This document shows, one piece after another, positions 7,750-15,928 of a stretch of DNA of 16,794 nt (positions within the stretch are counted from its first letter, which is position 1; each line of letters opens with the position of its first letter). A model generated the notes under the pieces. That model saw only the letters and a list, made by a program, of their open reading frames with translations, was not told where the DNA came from and did not search any database. This DNA comes from Candidatus Omnitrophota bacterium (GTDB lineage Bacteria; Omnitrophota; Omnitrophia; Omnitrophales; Aquincolibacteriaceae), in assembly GCA_043803685.1 (NCBI GenBank), contig JAZDJU010000039.1:1-16794 (forward strand), written 5' to 3'. A program made the position numbers and the translations under genes.

Positions 7750-8811
7750 CTAACGGTTGAAGAAGTAATAGATCTCGTTGAAGGAAGTAAAAGTCTCGGC
7801 GCGGAAAAAACGGTATAGCCCGTGCACGCGATGCGTGACTTTTATTCCTTCCGGTCTAAGCGAAATCCACAGCAGAGGAACGTGGAAACGGGAGTCCGCG
7901 TAATACCACGCGAGGGCCGCGATTTTCTCGCGGTTCGCTTTAGGTATCACGTGGGGCGTTACCTGACGTTCAACGATATTCCTCGCGATCTTTGTTTTGC
8001 TGTAGGAGTTAAAAGGCTTCAGAATCTCATAGTGTGTTTTGCTTAACGGCTGTGAAACCCTCCATTCCGATTCCTGAACATAACTCCGGGGCTTGCACAT
8101 CAATTTGCCGCCCCCGTAGGCAAGCATATTCAAATATTCATCGATACTTCCGTACCGTCTTCGGATATTCCCAAGACATCGTTTGACCATCTCTTCCTTA
8201 GTCACCATACAATGCTCCTCGATTTCCCGGCTCCTGAGGTAGCACGTCCCTTGATAAATACAACGGGAACAGTATTTTTCGATCTTCTCCTCCTGATATT
8301 GCGGCAAATGCCGTGCAATACGCCGGGTTTTTTTGTTTCGTTTTATGACTTTGGGATCAAACACGATTTGAGTGAAAGTCGGCTTGAAAAATGCCGTATC
8401 CGGGTTCAGATCCACCGGCCGAAGCTTCTCCCATCCATCCAGGTCAATATCAAATCCGTTCAATTCATCGACCGGCTGGAAAGAACAGCCTGTGGGTTTA
8501 ATATCCTTATTCATGCAGTTCCCCGTAATGCCGCTCAATCGGTCTTTACAAAAATCACAAAACTTTGAGCGTTTCTTCTGGCCATTGATGAGGATGTAAG
8601 GTTTGTTTTTATCGCTCTGATAACCCCACACCGAAGAATAATCGTCCCGCCCTCCATTCTCCACTTGCTGCCCTTGAAGTTCTTTTAACGGGATAACACA
8701 CGGCTTCTTATCAATGATCTTCACAGTACACGACTCAGGTTTTAAGGATCTGAGATTTGCGCTGTCCGGGAAAACATAAGTCTTGTCGATCTTGGTATAG
8801 ACTTTTTTCAT
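7750..8811 (-). CDS. Cys-rich hypothetical protein, paralogue A
   Basis: 353 aa, AAAGGAG RBS; CDFC and CSRC motifs shared with 8838-9944. Confidence 0.85.
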   Translation of the reverse strand: MKKVYTKIDKTYVFPDSANLRSLKPESCTVKIIDKKPCVIPLKELQGQQVENGGRDDYSSVWGYQSDKNKPYILINGQKKRSKFCDFCKDRLSGITGNCMNKDIKPTGCSFQPVDELNGFDIDLDGWEKLRPVDLNPDTAFFKPTFTQIVFDPKVIKRNKKTRRIARHLPQYQEEKIEKYCSRCIYQGTCYLRSREIEEHCMVTKEEMVKRCLGNIRRRYGSIDEYLNMLAYGGGKLMCKPRSYVQESEWRVSQPLSKTHYEILKPFNSYSKTKIARNIVERQVTPHVIPKANREKIAALAWYYADSRFHVPLLWISLRPEGIKVTHRVHGLYRFFRAETFTSFNEIYYFFNR

Positions 8812-8837
8812 GCTTCTCTCCTTTGTCTGAATATGAG

Positions 8838-9944
8838 TTAACGATCGAAGCTGGAAACGTCATTGAACGATTCCATTCGCTTTTCCATGGGCCGTGGTGC
8901 CCCCCAGCCATACGGGAAATAACTGACCTCAATTCCGCTCGGGATGGCAGTAACGGACAAGGTTCGAATGGTCCGTCCACGGTAACCCCGATAAGCCTCC
9001 TGATCTCCGGCGCAGTATTTCTCCAAAAAATACCAGGCCAGTACCGCTATTTTTTCACGGTCCATCAATGGCAATGCTTCAGGTGCCGCATTTTTTTCTA
9101 CCCTCTTTCTTGAAATAATGGCCGTCTTCCAAGGCCGCAACCGTTTACGGATCAGGAATTTATTCCGCCCCACCGGTTTTGTGATGAGCCACCGGCTTTT
9201 CCGTTTTCCACCTTTAGGACGGCAAGTGATCTCTTTCCCGCTGTAGGCCAACCGGCTCAAGAACCCGTCAACGCCGCCGAACATTTTCTGAATGCCTTGC
9301 ATACAGCCTTTTTGAGTTTCCTCGTCGGTCACCATGCATCGCTCCACGATCCTGGCGCTATTCATACGGCAGCGGCCGTTAAGGACGCAGCGGGAGCAAT
9401 ATTTTCCCTCCTTTTTCTTAAGCTGGTTCCAGAAATCATTTCGAACGGCAACGACCCTTTTGTTCCGGTTAATCAGCGTTGTATCAAGGCTGATATAGCC
9501 CGCGCTCCAGGGCTTTTTGAAGGGAGAGTATTTATTAACCCGGGACGGCTTAAGATACCGCCACCCGCCCAGGGAAACATTGAATCTTCCAAGCGGTTTT
9601 GAGGGACTGAAGGAACACCCGCCTCGTTTGATACTGTGATTGAAGCAATTCCCCGTGATTCCGTTTAAACGGTCCTTGCAGAAATCACAAAACTTTCCGT
9701 TCTTCCGTTCGCCGTTAATGATGAGAAACTTTTCGCATTTCTTATCATCGAAACCAAAAACTGGCTCAGAAAATCCGGAGTTGTTGTAGCCCTCGACTCT
9801 TTTCTCGTTCAAACTGTCAAGCGGGCATACGTAAACCTGCCCGCTTTTTCTTGCGACTGCGCAGGAATCAAGCTTAAGATCCGTAAGATCTCCGATGTCT
9901 GAAAGCACATGGACACTTTCTAGTTTCGTATAGATTTTCTTCAT
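8838..9944 (-). CDS. Cys-rich hypothetical protein, paralogue B
   Basis: 368 aa, GAGGAGG RBS; colinear similarity to 7750-8811. Confidence 0.85.
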   Translation of the reverse strand: MKKIYTKLESVHVLSDIGDLTDLKLDSCAVARKSGQVYVCPLDSLNEKRVEGYNNSGFSEPVFGFDDKKCEKFLIINGERKNGKFCDFCKDRLNGITGNCFNHSIKRGGCSFSPSKPLGRFNVSLGGWRYLKPSRVNKYSPFKKPWSAGYISLDTTLINRNKRVVAVRNDFWNQLKKKEGKYCSRCVLNGRCRMNSARIVERCMVTDEETQKGCMQGIQKMFGGVDGFLSRLAYSGKEITCRPKGGKRKSRWLITKPVGRNKFLIRKRLRPWKTAIISRKRVEKNAAPEALPLMDREKIAVLAWYFLEKYCAGDQEAYRGYRGRTIRTLSVTAIPSGIEVSYFPYGWGAPRPMEKRMESFNDVSSFDR

Positions 9945-9977
9945 GGAATTGCCTCCTCTTTTGGATGGGGTTCAAGA

Positions 9978-10478
9978 TTATTTTTCTTTGGCGTAGCGAA
10001 TCCCTTCAACAAAATATTGATTGAGACGGTCTCGCATCCGGTAAAAAAGGTCCGCCATCTCCTTCTGCAGTTCGGCAACGCTTGACCATACAAAGTTCCA
10101 GGCCTTCGCGTCATATTCGCAGAGCACGACGTTTTGAAATAAAACGACGACGGTCGTGACATCTTCGTAGGAAGGATCAATGGAGATTGAAACGGCGGGA
10201 TAGCTGATTTGCTTTTTCGCTAAATACTCAGCCTGGACTTTGTCCCGGATGACGCTGAAAAATCCGTAGAATTTGGACTTAACGGCGTAAAGAAGCTCTT
10301 CACCGATGAACTCATCCGGAACACAGCCCTCCTGAGGATCGAGATAGAGTTTCTTAACAAGGAGATCCCCCTCATCCTCCTTTTTCGAATCAAAGAGCCC
10401 TTGGTGATATTCGAGAAGCGTTTTCTTCAAACCTTCGAAAAGCTCTAATTGAAGTGTTTCGCGTTTCGGGTATTCCAT
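9978..10478 (-). CDS. Hypothetical protein (166 aa)
   Basis: AAGGAG RBS, co-oriented, no recognised motif. Confidence 0.78.
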   Translation of the reverse strand: MEYPKRETLQLELFEGLKKTLLEYHQGLFDSKKEDEGDLLVKKLYLDPQEGCVPDEFIGEELLYAVKSKFYGFFSVIRDKVQAEYLAKKQISYPAVSISIDPSYEDVTTVVVLFQNVVLCEYDAKAWNFVWSSVAELQKEMADLFYRMRDRLNQYFVEGIRYAKEK

Positions 10479-10492
10479 GGAATTTTCTCCTT

Positions 10493-10522
10493 AAGGCAGA
10501 GGTGCGGGAACACCCCTGCCTT
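10493..10522 (-). promoter_or_regulatory. 12-bp hairpin abutting RBS (no U-tract)
   Basis: AAGGCAGGGGUG-UUCCCG-CACCUCUGCCUU immediately followed by AAGGAG. Confidence 0.6.
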
Positions 10523-10572
10523 TGATTTGAGTTCGTAACTTTGTGAGCGAGTTTTTGAGGCGGGGGTGTACG

Positions 10573-11046
10573 TCAGACCAGAACCGATTCGACGAGGGGT
10601 CCCTTTATTTTCCCGGCTGTTTCTTTCCGCTTTCGGATCCGTTTGTACCCGCAGGAATCCAAGGGCGCGCAATTCCGGGTAAGTCTCCCGAGATAATTGA
10701 CACAATGCGTACACCGGACCTCGAGCTTTGCCCTTCGCTCCTCTGCCTTTTCTTTCTCGCGGCGCTTGTGATGATCCAGCAGCTCGAATTCCTCGAAAAC
10801 ATCCCCGCGAGTTTTGCAATCCGTCACATTCAAATTCACCGTGTAACCCCCATTGAAATTGATCCGGCCGACGTTCCGACCCTGGCAAAAATGAAGCAAC
10901 AGCTCCTGGCCGTTCTCGTGATCTTTGTAGATAGAACCCCCGATAAACCACTGATCCCGGTAACCACTGATAGAGCCAACCTGGCGACCGGCATTCTGAC
11001 TGTTTAAATCATTCACTGTTTCCAGTAATTCTTCTCTCGAAAGCAT
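10573..11046 (-). CDS. Hypothetical protein (157 aa) with a C-terminal four-Cys cluster
   Basis: AAAAGGGGGT RBS; RCTHCVNY...RNCAPLDSCGY. Confidence 0.75.
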   Translation of the reverse strand: MLSREELLETVNDLNSQNAGRQVGSISGYRDQWFIGGSIYKDHENGQELLLHFCQGRNVGRINFNGGYTVNLNVTDCKTRGDVFEEFELLDHHKRREKEKAEERRAKLEVRCTHCVNYLGRLTRNCAPLDSCGYKRIRKRKETAGKIKGPLVESVLV

Positions 11047-11070
11047 CGCAACACCCCCTTTTCTGGCGGT

Positions 11071-11112
11071 AAAAAGGGGCGGTATCCCTATGCAGGGACA
11101 CCACCCCTTTTT
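11071..11112 (-). terminator. Terminator-like hairpin upstream of the 157-aa gene
   Basis: AAAAAGGGGUGGUGUCCCU-GCAU-AGGGAUACCGCCCCUUUUU with G-U pairs on the minus strand. Confidence 0.75.
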
Positions 11113-11137
11113 CCTTTTTCAGATTACTAAAAGCGAA

Positions 11138-11308
11138 CTATCTTTTCTTCTCCCATGAACCTCGCTGGGTCAAAAGCTCATGCATGGCCTCCAGAATTTC
11201 CAGAGCCCTTCCGTAGCCAAACCTGCTTCGCCAGCAGATCTCTTTTTCTAGAGCACGGTGCATATTGAGAAGCTTTTTGTGACATTTTTTTGTCAAAGTT
11301 TTACGCAT
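11138..11308 (-). CDS. Small hypothetical protein (56 aa; not in ORF track)
   Basis: GGGAGG RBS; MRKTLTKKCHKKLLNMHRALEKEICWRSRFGYGRALEILEAMHELLTQRGSWEKKR; fills the gap and overlaps the upstream small ORF. Confidence 0.6.
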   Translation of the reverse strand: MRKTLTKKCHKKLLNMHRALEKEICWRSRFGYGRALEILEAMHELLTQRGSWEKKR

Positions 11309-11466
11309 AGATCCCTCCCTGAAATCAGCGCTTCCCGTTTCCGTTCAAGACGCAGAAGTTCGTTTTCCTCTTCAGCCATCAGGCATTCTTCTCCACTAGC
11401 GACAATACGCTCACGCAGATTCTGGATCCGCGCGGAAAGACCTCTCATGCATTCAATGCGTGTCAT
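11293..11466 (-). CDS. Small coiled-coil-like protein (57 aa)
   Basis: AAAGGAG RBS right after the radC stop; MTRIECMRGLSARIQNLRERIVASGEE... is the C-terminal part of the 150-aa track ORF. Confidence 0.65.
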   Translation of the reverse strand: MTRIECMRGLSARIQNLRERIVASGEECLMAEEENELLRLERKREALISGRDLCVKL

Positions 11467-11482
11467 CTTGCGATCTCCTTTT

Positions 11483-12145
11483 CTAAAGTTGGCTGCGCTC
11501 CGAGAAACTGAAATACTGGTTCTCCCCGATGATGATGTGGTCGAGAACCCTGATCGAGACCGTCTGGCAGGCGGCCTTGATCTTCTGCGTGATCTCGTAA
11601 TCCTCGCGGCTGGGTTCGACCTTTCCGGAGGGATGGTTGTGCACGAGGGCAATACTTGAAGCGGAAAACTCCAAAGCAGCGCGCACAATTTCACGAGGAT
11701 GCACCGCAGCTTCGTCGATCGTTCCGAAGAAAAGGTCCCGCTCACCGATAATGCGGAGCCCCTTATCGAGGAATATCACCTTAAAGACCTCGCGCTTCAG
11801 GTCCCGGAGACTGGCCGAGAGGTAATCCGTGACTGCTTGGGGACTGCGAACGAAGTTCTGACCGATCATTCCCTGTCTTAAGACTCGTTTTCCGATCTCA
11901 CGGACCGCCTGAAGTTCAGCCCATTGAGATTCACTCAGATCCTTCAGATCAAAGACCTGGCGAAGCCCTCCGGCCCTGCTCAAAAGATCCATCGCAACAC
12001 CGACTTCCGTTTGCTCATACGTGGCCCTCTTAAGGATCAGAGACAGAAGCTCCGCATCAGAAAGCGCCTCGATCCCTTTCTCCTTCGCCCTTACCGCAGG
12101 CCGCTCGGTCTCCGGCCAATCCCGGACCGATAATTTTCTTCTCAT
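11483..12145 (-). CDS. radC: RadC-family JAB/MPN domain protein
   Basis: WPETERP...LSDAELL N-terminus, GTIDEAAVHPREI, HNHPSG-x3-PS-x2-D JAMM motif, VLDHIIIG. Confidence 0.95.
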   Translation of the reverse strand: MRRKLSVRDWPETERPAVRAKEKGIEALSDAELLSLILKRATYEQTEVGVAMDLLSRAGGLRQVFDLKDLSESQWAELQAVREIGKRVLRQGMIGQNFVRSPQAVTDYLSASLRDLKREVFKVIFLDKGLRIIGERDLFFGTIDEAAVHPREIVRAALEFSASSIALVHNHPSGKVEPSREDYEITQKIKAACQTVSIRVLDHIIIGENQYFSFSERSQL

Positions 12146-12168
12146 GGTGGGACCCCCCTTTTAGACGC

Positions 12169-12210
12169 AAAAAGAGGCGGACTCCCTTTAACGGGAATAC
12201 CACCTCTCTT
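12169..12210 (-). terminator. Terminator-like hairpin upstream of radC
   Basis: AGAGGUGG(U)AUUCCC-GUUAAA-GGGAGUCCGCCUCU-UUUU. Confidence 0.72.
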
Positions 12211-12239
12211 GCGTGTTTGATGTATTTGTTACTTTCGTT

Positions 12240-12332
12240 TCAGCGAACCACGATCTCCCAGCCGTTTCTTTGAAACCTCCCGATCAAACCAGCGTGTTTT
12301 TCGAGATCACTTTTTCGAACGATCAACCTCAT
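12240..12332 (-). CDS. Small protein (30 aa; not in ORF track)
   Basis: Full AAAGGAGGTGA Shine-Dalgarno, ATG at 12332; MRLIVRKSDLEKHAGLIGRFQRNGWEIVVR. Confidence 0.65.
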   Translation of the reverse strand: MRLIVRKSDLEKHAGLIGRFQRNGWEIVVR

Positions 12333-12349
12333 GACATTCACCTCCTTTC

Positions 12350-12387
12350 AAAAAATAGGGGGACGGCACCGGAAAGCACCGTCCCCC
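12350..12387 (-). terminator. Terminator-like hairpin abutting the RBS of the 30-aa ORF
   Basis: GGGGGACGGUGC-UUUCCG-GUGCCGUCCCCC-UAUUUUUU-GAAAGGAGG. Confidence 0.78.
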
Positions 12388-12415
12388 GTTTGGTTTTTTA
12401 AACCGCACTGCCCGT

Positions 12416-12916
12416 CTAGGCTGCGCGCGCGGCGTGAGAGGGCATGAGCCCTAAGATCACGTCTTCAAGCGCGGACTCCGGGATCGAAACTCCCTTTCTT
12501 TTGGACGGGAAATACGAGCCGTCCTTGGAATAGAACCGCCGGATATCCACGAAGGTGGCCTTTCGCCCGCATCCTTTGGAGATCCGGAAGATCTCGGTTC
12601 CCGAAACCGGAATATCGCAGACCGTGACGCTTGCGACACTCACCCCCTCGGGTCTTACGGCCTGAGGAACGGTCCGGGCCTTGATGAGCCCCGCGATGAT
12701 AGGTTCACGGAATTTCTCCGCGAAACACACGCCCTTCGAGCTCGGCACGAGTTTGCTCTTGTCATCCTTGGCCCTGAAAAAGATCCTCAGGTCCAGATAA
12801 CGGTTCCCTTTGTAGTCCTTTTGCGAGATCCGGTAGATGTCATTCTCGGATCTCGGAACATCCGCGAGGACCACGATTTCTTGTTTCACGTCTTGAACTG
12901 CATTTTGAGTTTCCAT
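12416..12916 (-). CDS. Tandem PC4 (p15/YdbC-like) ssDNA-binding domain protein
   Basis: Two repeats: YKGNRYLDLRIFF...PSSKGVCF and RKATFVDIRRFY...PSKRKGVSI, matching the PC4 DIR.f/y...P.kKG motif. Confidence 0.85.
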   Translation of the reverse strand: METQNAVQDVKQEIVVLADVPRSENDIYRISQKDYKGNRYLDLRIFFRAKDDKSKLVPSSKGVCFAEKFREPIIAGLIKARTVPQAVRPEGVSVASVTVCDIPVSGTEIFRISKGCGRKATFVDIRRFYSKDGSYFPSKRKGVSIPESALEDVILGLMPSHAARAA

Positions 12917-13011
12917 GTGGCTTTCTCCTTTTTGATTTTGAAATGAACTTCGTTAAAAACTCCTTTTCTTTCTGTCCGTCTAATCACCTCCTTTTTGAAC
13001 CTCTTGAAAAT

Positions 13012-13051
13012 AAAAAAGGGAAGGCGCGGGACAATGCCCCGGACCTTCCCT
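13012..13051 (-). terminator. Intrinsic terminator after the coupling-protein gene
   Basis: AGGGAAGGU-C-CGGGGC-AUU-GUCCCG-C-GCCUUCCCU followed by UUUUUAUUUU. Confidence 0.75.
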
Positions 13052-13076
13052 AATGGCTTAAAATTCCTAATTCTGC

Positions 13077-15062
13077 TTACGGTTGTTTAACGCCTGTTTT
13101 CTCCTCCTGAATTATTTTGACCCATTCAGAGGGACTCTTCTTCGGGGCCTCCTCTTTAGCTGCCGGAGGTGTTTTGGTCTCACGACTAGCCGACACGGCA
13201 GGTTTTAAAGTTTTTTCTATGGGCTTCGCCGCCTGTGCGTCTTTGGGAGGTTCTTCTTTGTTTGCGGGCTGAGCAAACGGGTGCTGGGCCCTAAAATCAC
13301 CCACGAACGACGGGTACCCGAAGAAATCCAGTTTCACGTGCCCCGTGTAAAGCTCCGGACTCTTCAAGATCAAAACCGCTTCCCCCCTTTGAAGCCCACG
13401 GATCAGGTCCGGCTCAATGCGGAATTCCTGACCCTCACGGATCGAACCGACCCCGGTAAAATCCTTGCCGGTGAATTTCTGCTCCGTCTGATAGGTGGAG
13501 ATCAACGTCTTCTTCGTCCCTCCGATCTTCGTGAGTTTCTCCACGGAATCGGGGTCATCCTGGCGCAGGATGATCTTGATATTGGTGTTTTCGATCACCT
13601 GCTGCTGGAACGATGCATCGCGGCGCACGACGAGATCCCCGAGAGATTGGTGGAGCAGCATGATCCCGAACCCTGCGGCGCGGGCCTTGTTCAGAAAATC
13701 GATGAAATTTATGTCAAGAAAGCTGGAGGCGTCGTCCACGAACACGGGAAAAAAATGACGCTCGTTAGTCAACATCTCAGACTGGATATAACCCGAAACG
13801 GTCCTGATATCTTGCAGAATCATCCGTCCCATGCGCTTTGCCGTTTCCCCGTACCCCTGCAAATTGAGCTGGAAGTAAACGATCTTATTCCCCTTGTAAA
13901 TCTTAAGGAGATCGATCTCCGGCGTCGCTATATCCACAAGCTTTGAGAATTCGCTGCGGGACGTAAGATAAAGGTCCGCGATAAGCCCGGACAGAAACTT
14001 ATGGTTTTGATCGAACCGACTAAGCATCTTCCCGAGATCTCCTTTAATCTCGAGATCTGCGGTCGCGTTAGCGAGTTCTTGTAACGCGCTAAAATCCGTC
14101 AGATACCGGTAAACCTCACTAAAAAGGATCGTCGGAGGCTCACTTGAGCCTTTCTCGCAAGGGCGCTGTCTCAGGGCCTTTAAAAGCGTAAGCGTGGCCT
14201 GTTCTGCCATCTTCCGGTAGAATTCCTCGTTCCAGATCATGCTTCCGATGATCTTGTCCTTTAGTTCCGTGGCGTTTCCCCTTAGAAGCGGGTTGTAGGA
14301 GTTCGAGTTATCAGGTTTTGCGAGTGAGAAAAAGTAAAAGTCCTTCAACCGACCCGCCCTAACAACAATGGAATGGATCCGGTCCAGAAGCTCGCGGTCG
14401 CCTTTCCCATCGATCACGATCGCCCCGCGCCCATTTCTGATGTCATGAGCCAGGAGCGGAAGCAGCACGGACTCGCTTTTTCCGGTCCCGGTCGAGCCCA
14501 CAACCTGAGCGTGCATCGAGCGTTGATCGGACGTGAGATAGACCGCTCCCCCGCCGCTCAAACTCTCCCCGAGATAGGACCGCGACTTGTCAGAACGCAG
14601 GCGGTTTCTTCGCATCACGAGAAGCTCAGGCTCCCGCTTTTTGCCGGCGTCTTTTAAAAATCGTTCCTTCTCAGCGGACGAAAAATACGCCGCCGGAATA
14701 AAGAAAGGCATCAGAGCCGCCAGATAAAAGAGGTAATAGAGCGCCCCTTTTAAAAGGATCCACCGCCCTGAAAGCGACCTTCGGAGTTCCGGAATGTTTC
14801 CCGCCCGGTGGTGCGTCCACACCCAAACCACGGGCGCTGTTATCAAGATCACCGCGCCCAGGATCAGACAAACGATTTTCCAGCGCGGAAAACCCTTCAC
14901 CTTCTCAAAATGCTTCTTACCAGACTCCCAAACGCTTTTACCCGCGCGAGAACTTCTCAACTTGAGCAAAAGACCCGCGACTGTGAGCGGGACATTAATC
15001 AATATCCCGGTAACGATTCGCACCAGAAGCGACTGTCTTGAGTCCCCCTCAGGCTTTCCCAT
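13077..15062 (-). CDS. virD4: Type IV coupling protein (VirD4/TraD family)
   Basis: N-terminal TM segments, Walker A VVGSTGTGKS, IVIDGKGD, SYNPL, NKARAAG...HQSLGDL, NTNIKIILRQ, low-complexity C-terminal tail; adjacent to the relaxase. Confidence 0.92.
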   Translation of the reverse strand: MGKPEGDSRQSLLVRIVTGILINVPLTVAGLLLKLRSSRAGKSVWESGKKHFEKVKGFPRWKIVCLILGAVILITAPVVWVWTHHRAGNIPELRRSLSGRWILLKGALYYLFYLAALMPFFIPAAYFSSAEKERFLKDAGKKREPELLVMRRNRLRSDKSRSYLGESLSGGGAVYLTSDQRSMHAQVVGSTGTGKSESVLLPLLAHDIRNGRGAIVIDGKGDRELLDRIHSIVVRAGRLKDFYFFSLAKPDNSNSYNPLLRGNATELKDKIIGSMIWNEEFYRKMAEQATLTLLKALRQRPCEKGSSEPPTILFSEVYRYLTDFSALQELANATADLEIKGDLGKMLSRFDQNHKFLSGLIADLYLTSRSEFSKLVDIATPEIDLLKIYKGNKIVYFQLNLQGYGETAKRMGRMILQDIRTVSGYIQSEMLTNERHFFPVFVDDASSFLDINFIDFLNKARAAGFGIMLLHQSLGDLVVRRDASFQQQVIENTNIKIILRQDDPDSVEKLTKIGGTKKTLISTYQTEQKFTGKDFTGVGSIREGQEFRIEPDLIRGLQRGEAVLILKSPELYTGHVKLDFFGYPSFVGDFRAQHPFAQPANKEEPPKDAQAAKPIEKTLKPAVSASRETKTPPAAKEEAPKKSPSEWVKIIQEEKTGVKQP

Positions 15063-15068
15063 GAAACG

Positions 15069-15833
15069 TCATAGGATCTGGGAAAACATGAAGGTGTCCG
15101 CTTTGTTCTTGAAGACGGCCTTATCACCCCCCTTGAAAAGAGTCTTATACTCCACAAACCAGATCTTCTCAGGATCGTATTCAAGATCAATGACCCAATC
15201 CATGATCTCGGTATTCAGGATCATGAAAACGCGGCTGTATTCCTTCGATCCCTGGTAGTTCTTGAAAAGCGCCTCATAACGCTTCCGCCCCTTCGTCGAA
15301 TTCTCCAGCTCGATCGCGATCTTCTCCGAGTACACCGTTAAAAGCCCGTCCGGAACGTGGAGGTAGTAATTATCCCGCCTTCTCAAAACGCGCTCACTCG
15401 TCCATCCGGCAAGCCCGTGCTTCCGGAAAAAGATGCGAAGATTCGTGACTTTTAAATCATGATCCATGTTCGCCCGGTGATAACCGTTCAGCTTGAAAAG
15501 GGACATGCTGTTATGCAATCCTCGCCGCAAAAGCTCGCAGTATCCTTTCTCCCTCAAACGATACACCGAAAGTTTTTTCTTCACGCCGGTCTCTTTAGCC
15601 AAATATCCCGCCGCGACCAGCTTATCAATCCGGTGATGACACGCTCCGGCTTCTTCCGAACAGCTCGCCCAAAACGCGGACTTGAGATGACTATGCGCCA
15701 GATACCCCTGCTCGTGCATGAACTTGAACATCTCAATGTCCCTTGCCTGAAGTTCCACAGGTTCCGAACCCCCAACCCGTTCCGTCGCCTTTCCCTCTTC
15801 TGTTTCGTTCCTCGCAATATCTTCCATGCTCAT
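15069..15833 (-). CDS. Replication-relaxation (Replic_Relax)/MOBC-type relaxase
   Basis: N-terminal wHTH-like LQARDIEMFKFMHEQGYL, HDL motif, and PDGLL-x-IAIELENSTKGRKRY fitting the MOBC D-xn-ExE-x3-K-x3-RY signature. Start likely ATG 15833 or 15827, not 16262. Confidence 0.82.
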   Translation of the reverse strand: MSMEDIARNETEEGKATERVGGSEPVELQARDIEMFKFMHEQGYLAHSHLKSAFWASCSEEAGACHHRIDKLVAAGYLAKETGVKKKLSVYRLREKGYCELLRRGLHNSMSLFKLNGYHRANMDHDLKVTNLRIFFRKHGLAGWTSERVLRRRDNYYLHVPDGLLTVYSEKIAIELENSTKGRKRYEALFKNYQGSKEYSRVFMILNTEIMDWVIDLEYDPEKIWFVEYKTLFKGGDKAVFKNKADTFMFSQIL

Positions 15834-15928
15834 CCATCCCTTCAAAGTTCCTTCCGGGAAATACCGTCCGAAGGAGCATGATCCCGCTACACACAGGACC
15901 ATCACCCCTTCAGACGCCGGAAGACCCG

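Noticed and set aside
11467..11745. N-terminal part of the 150-aa ORF overlapping radC
   Set aside because: Alternate frame inside radC; the real start is probably ATG 11466 with its own RBS.
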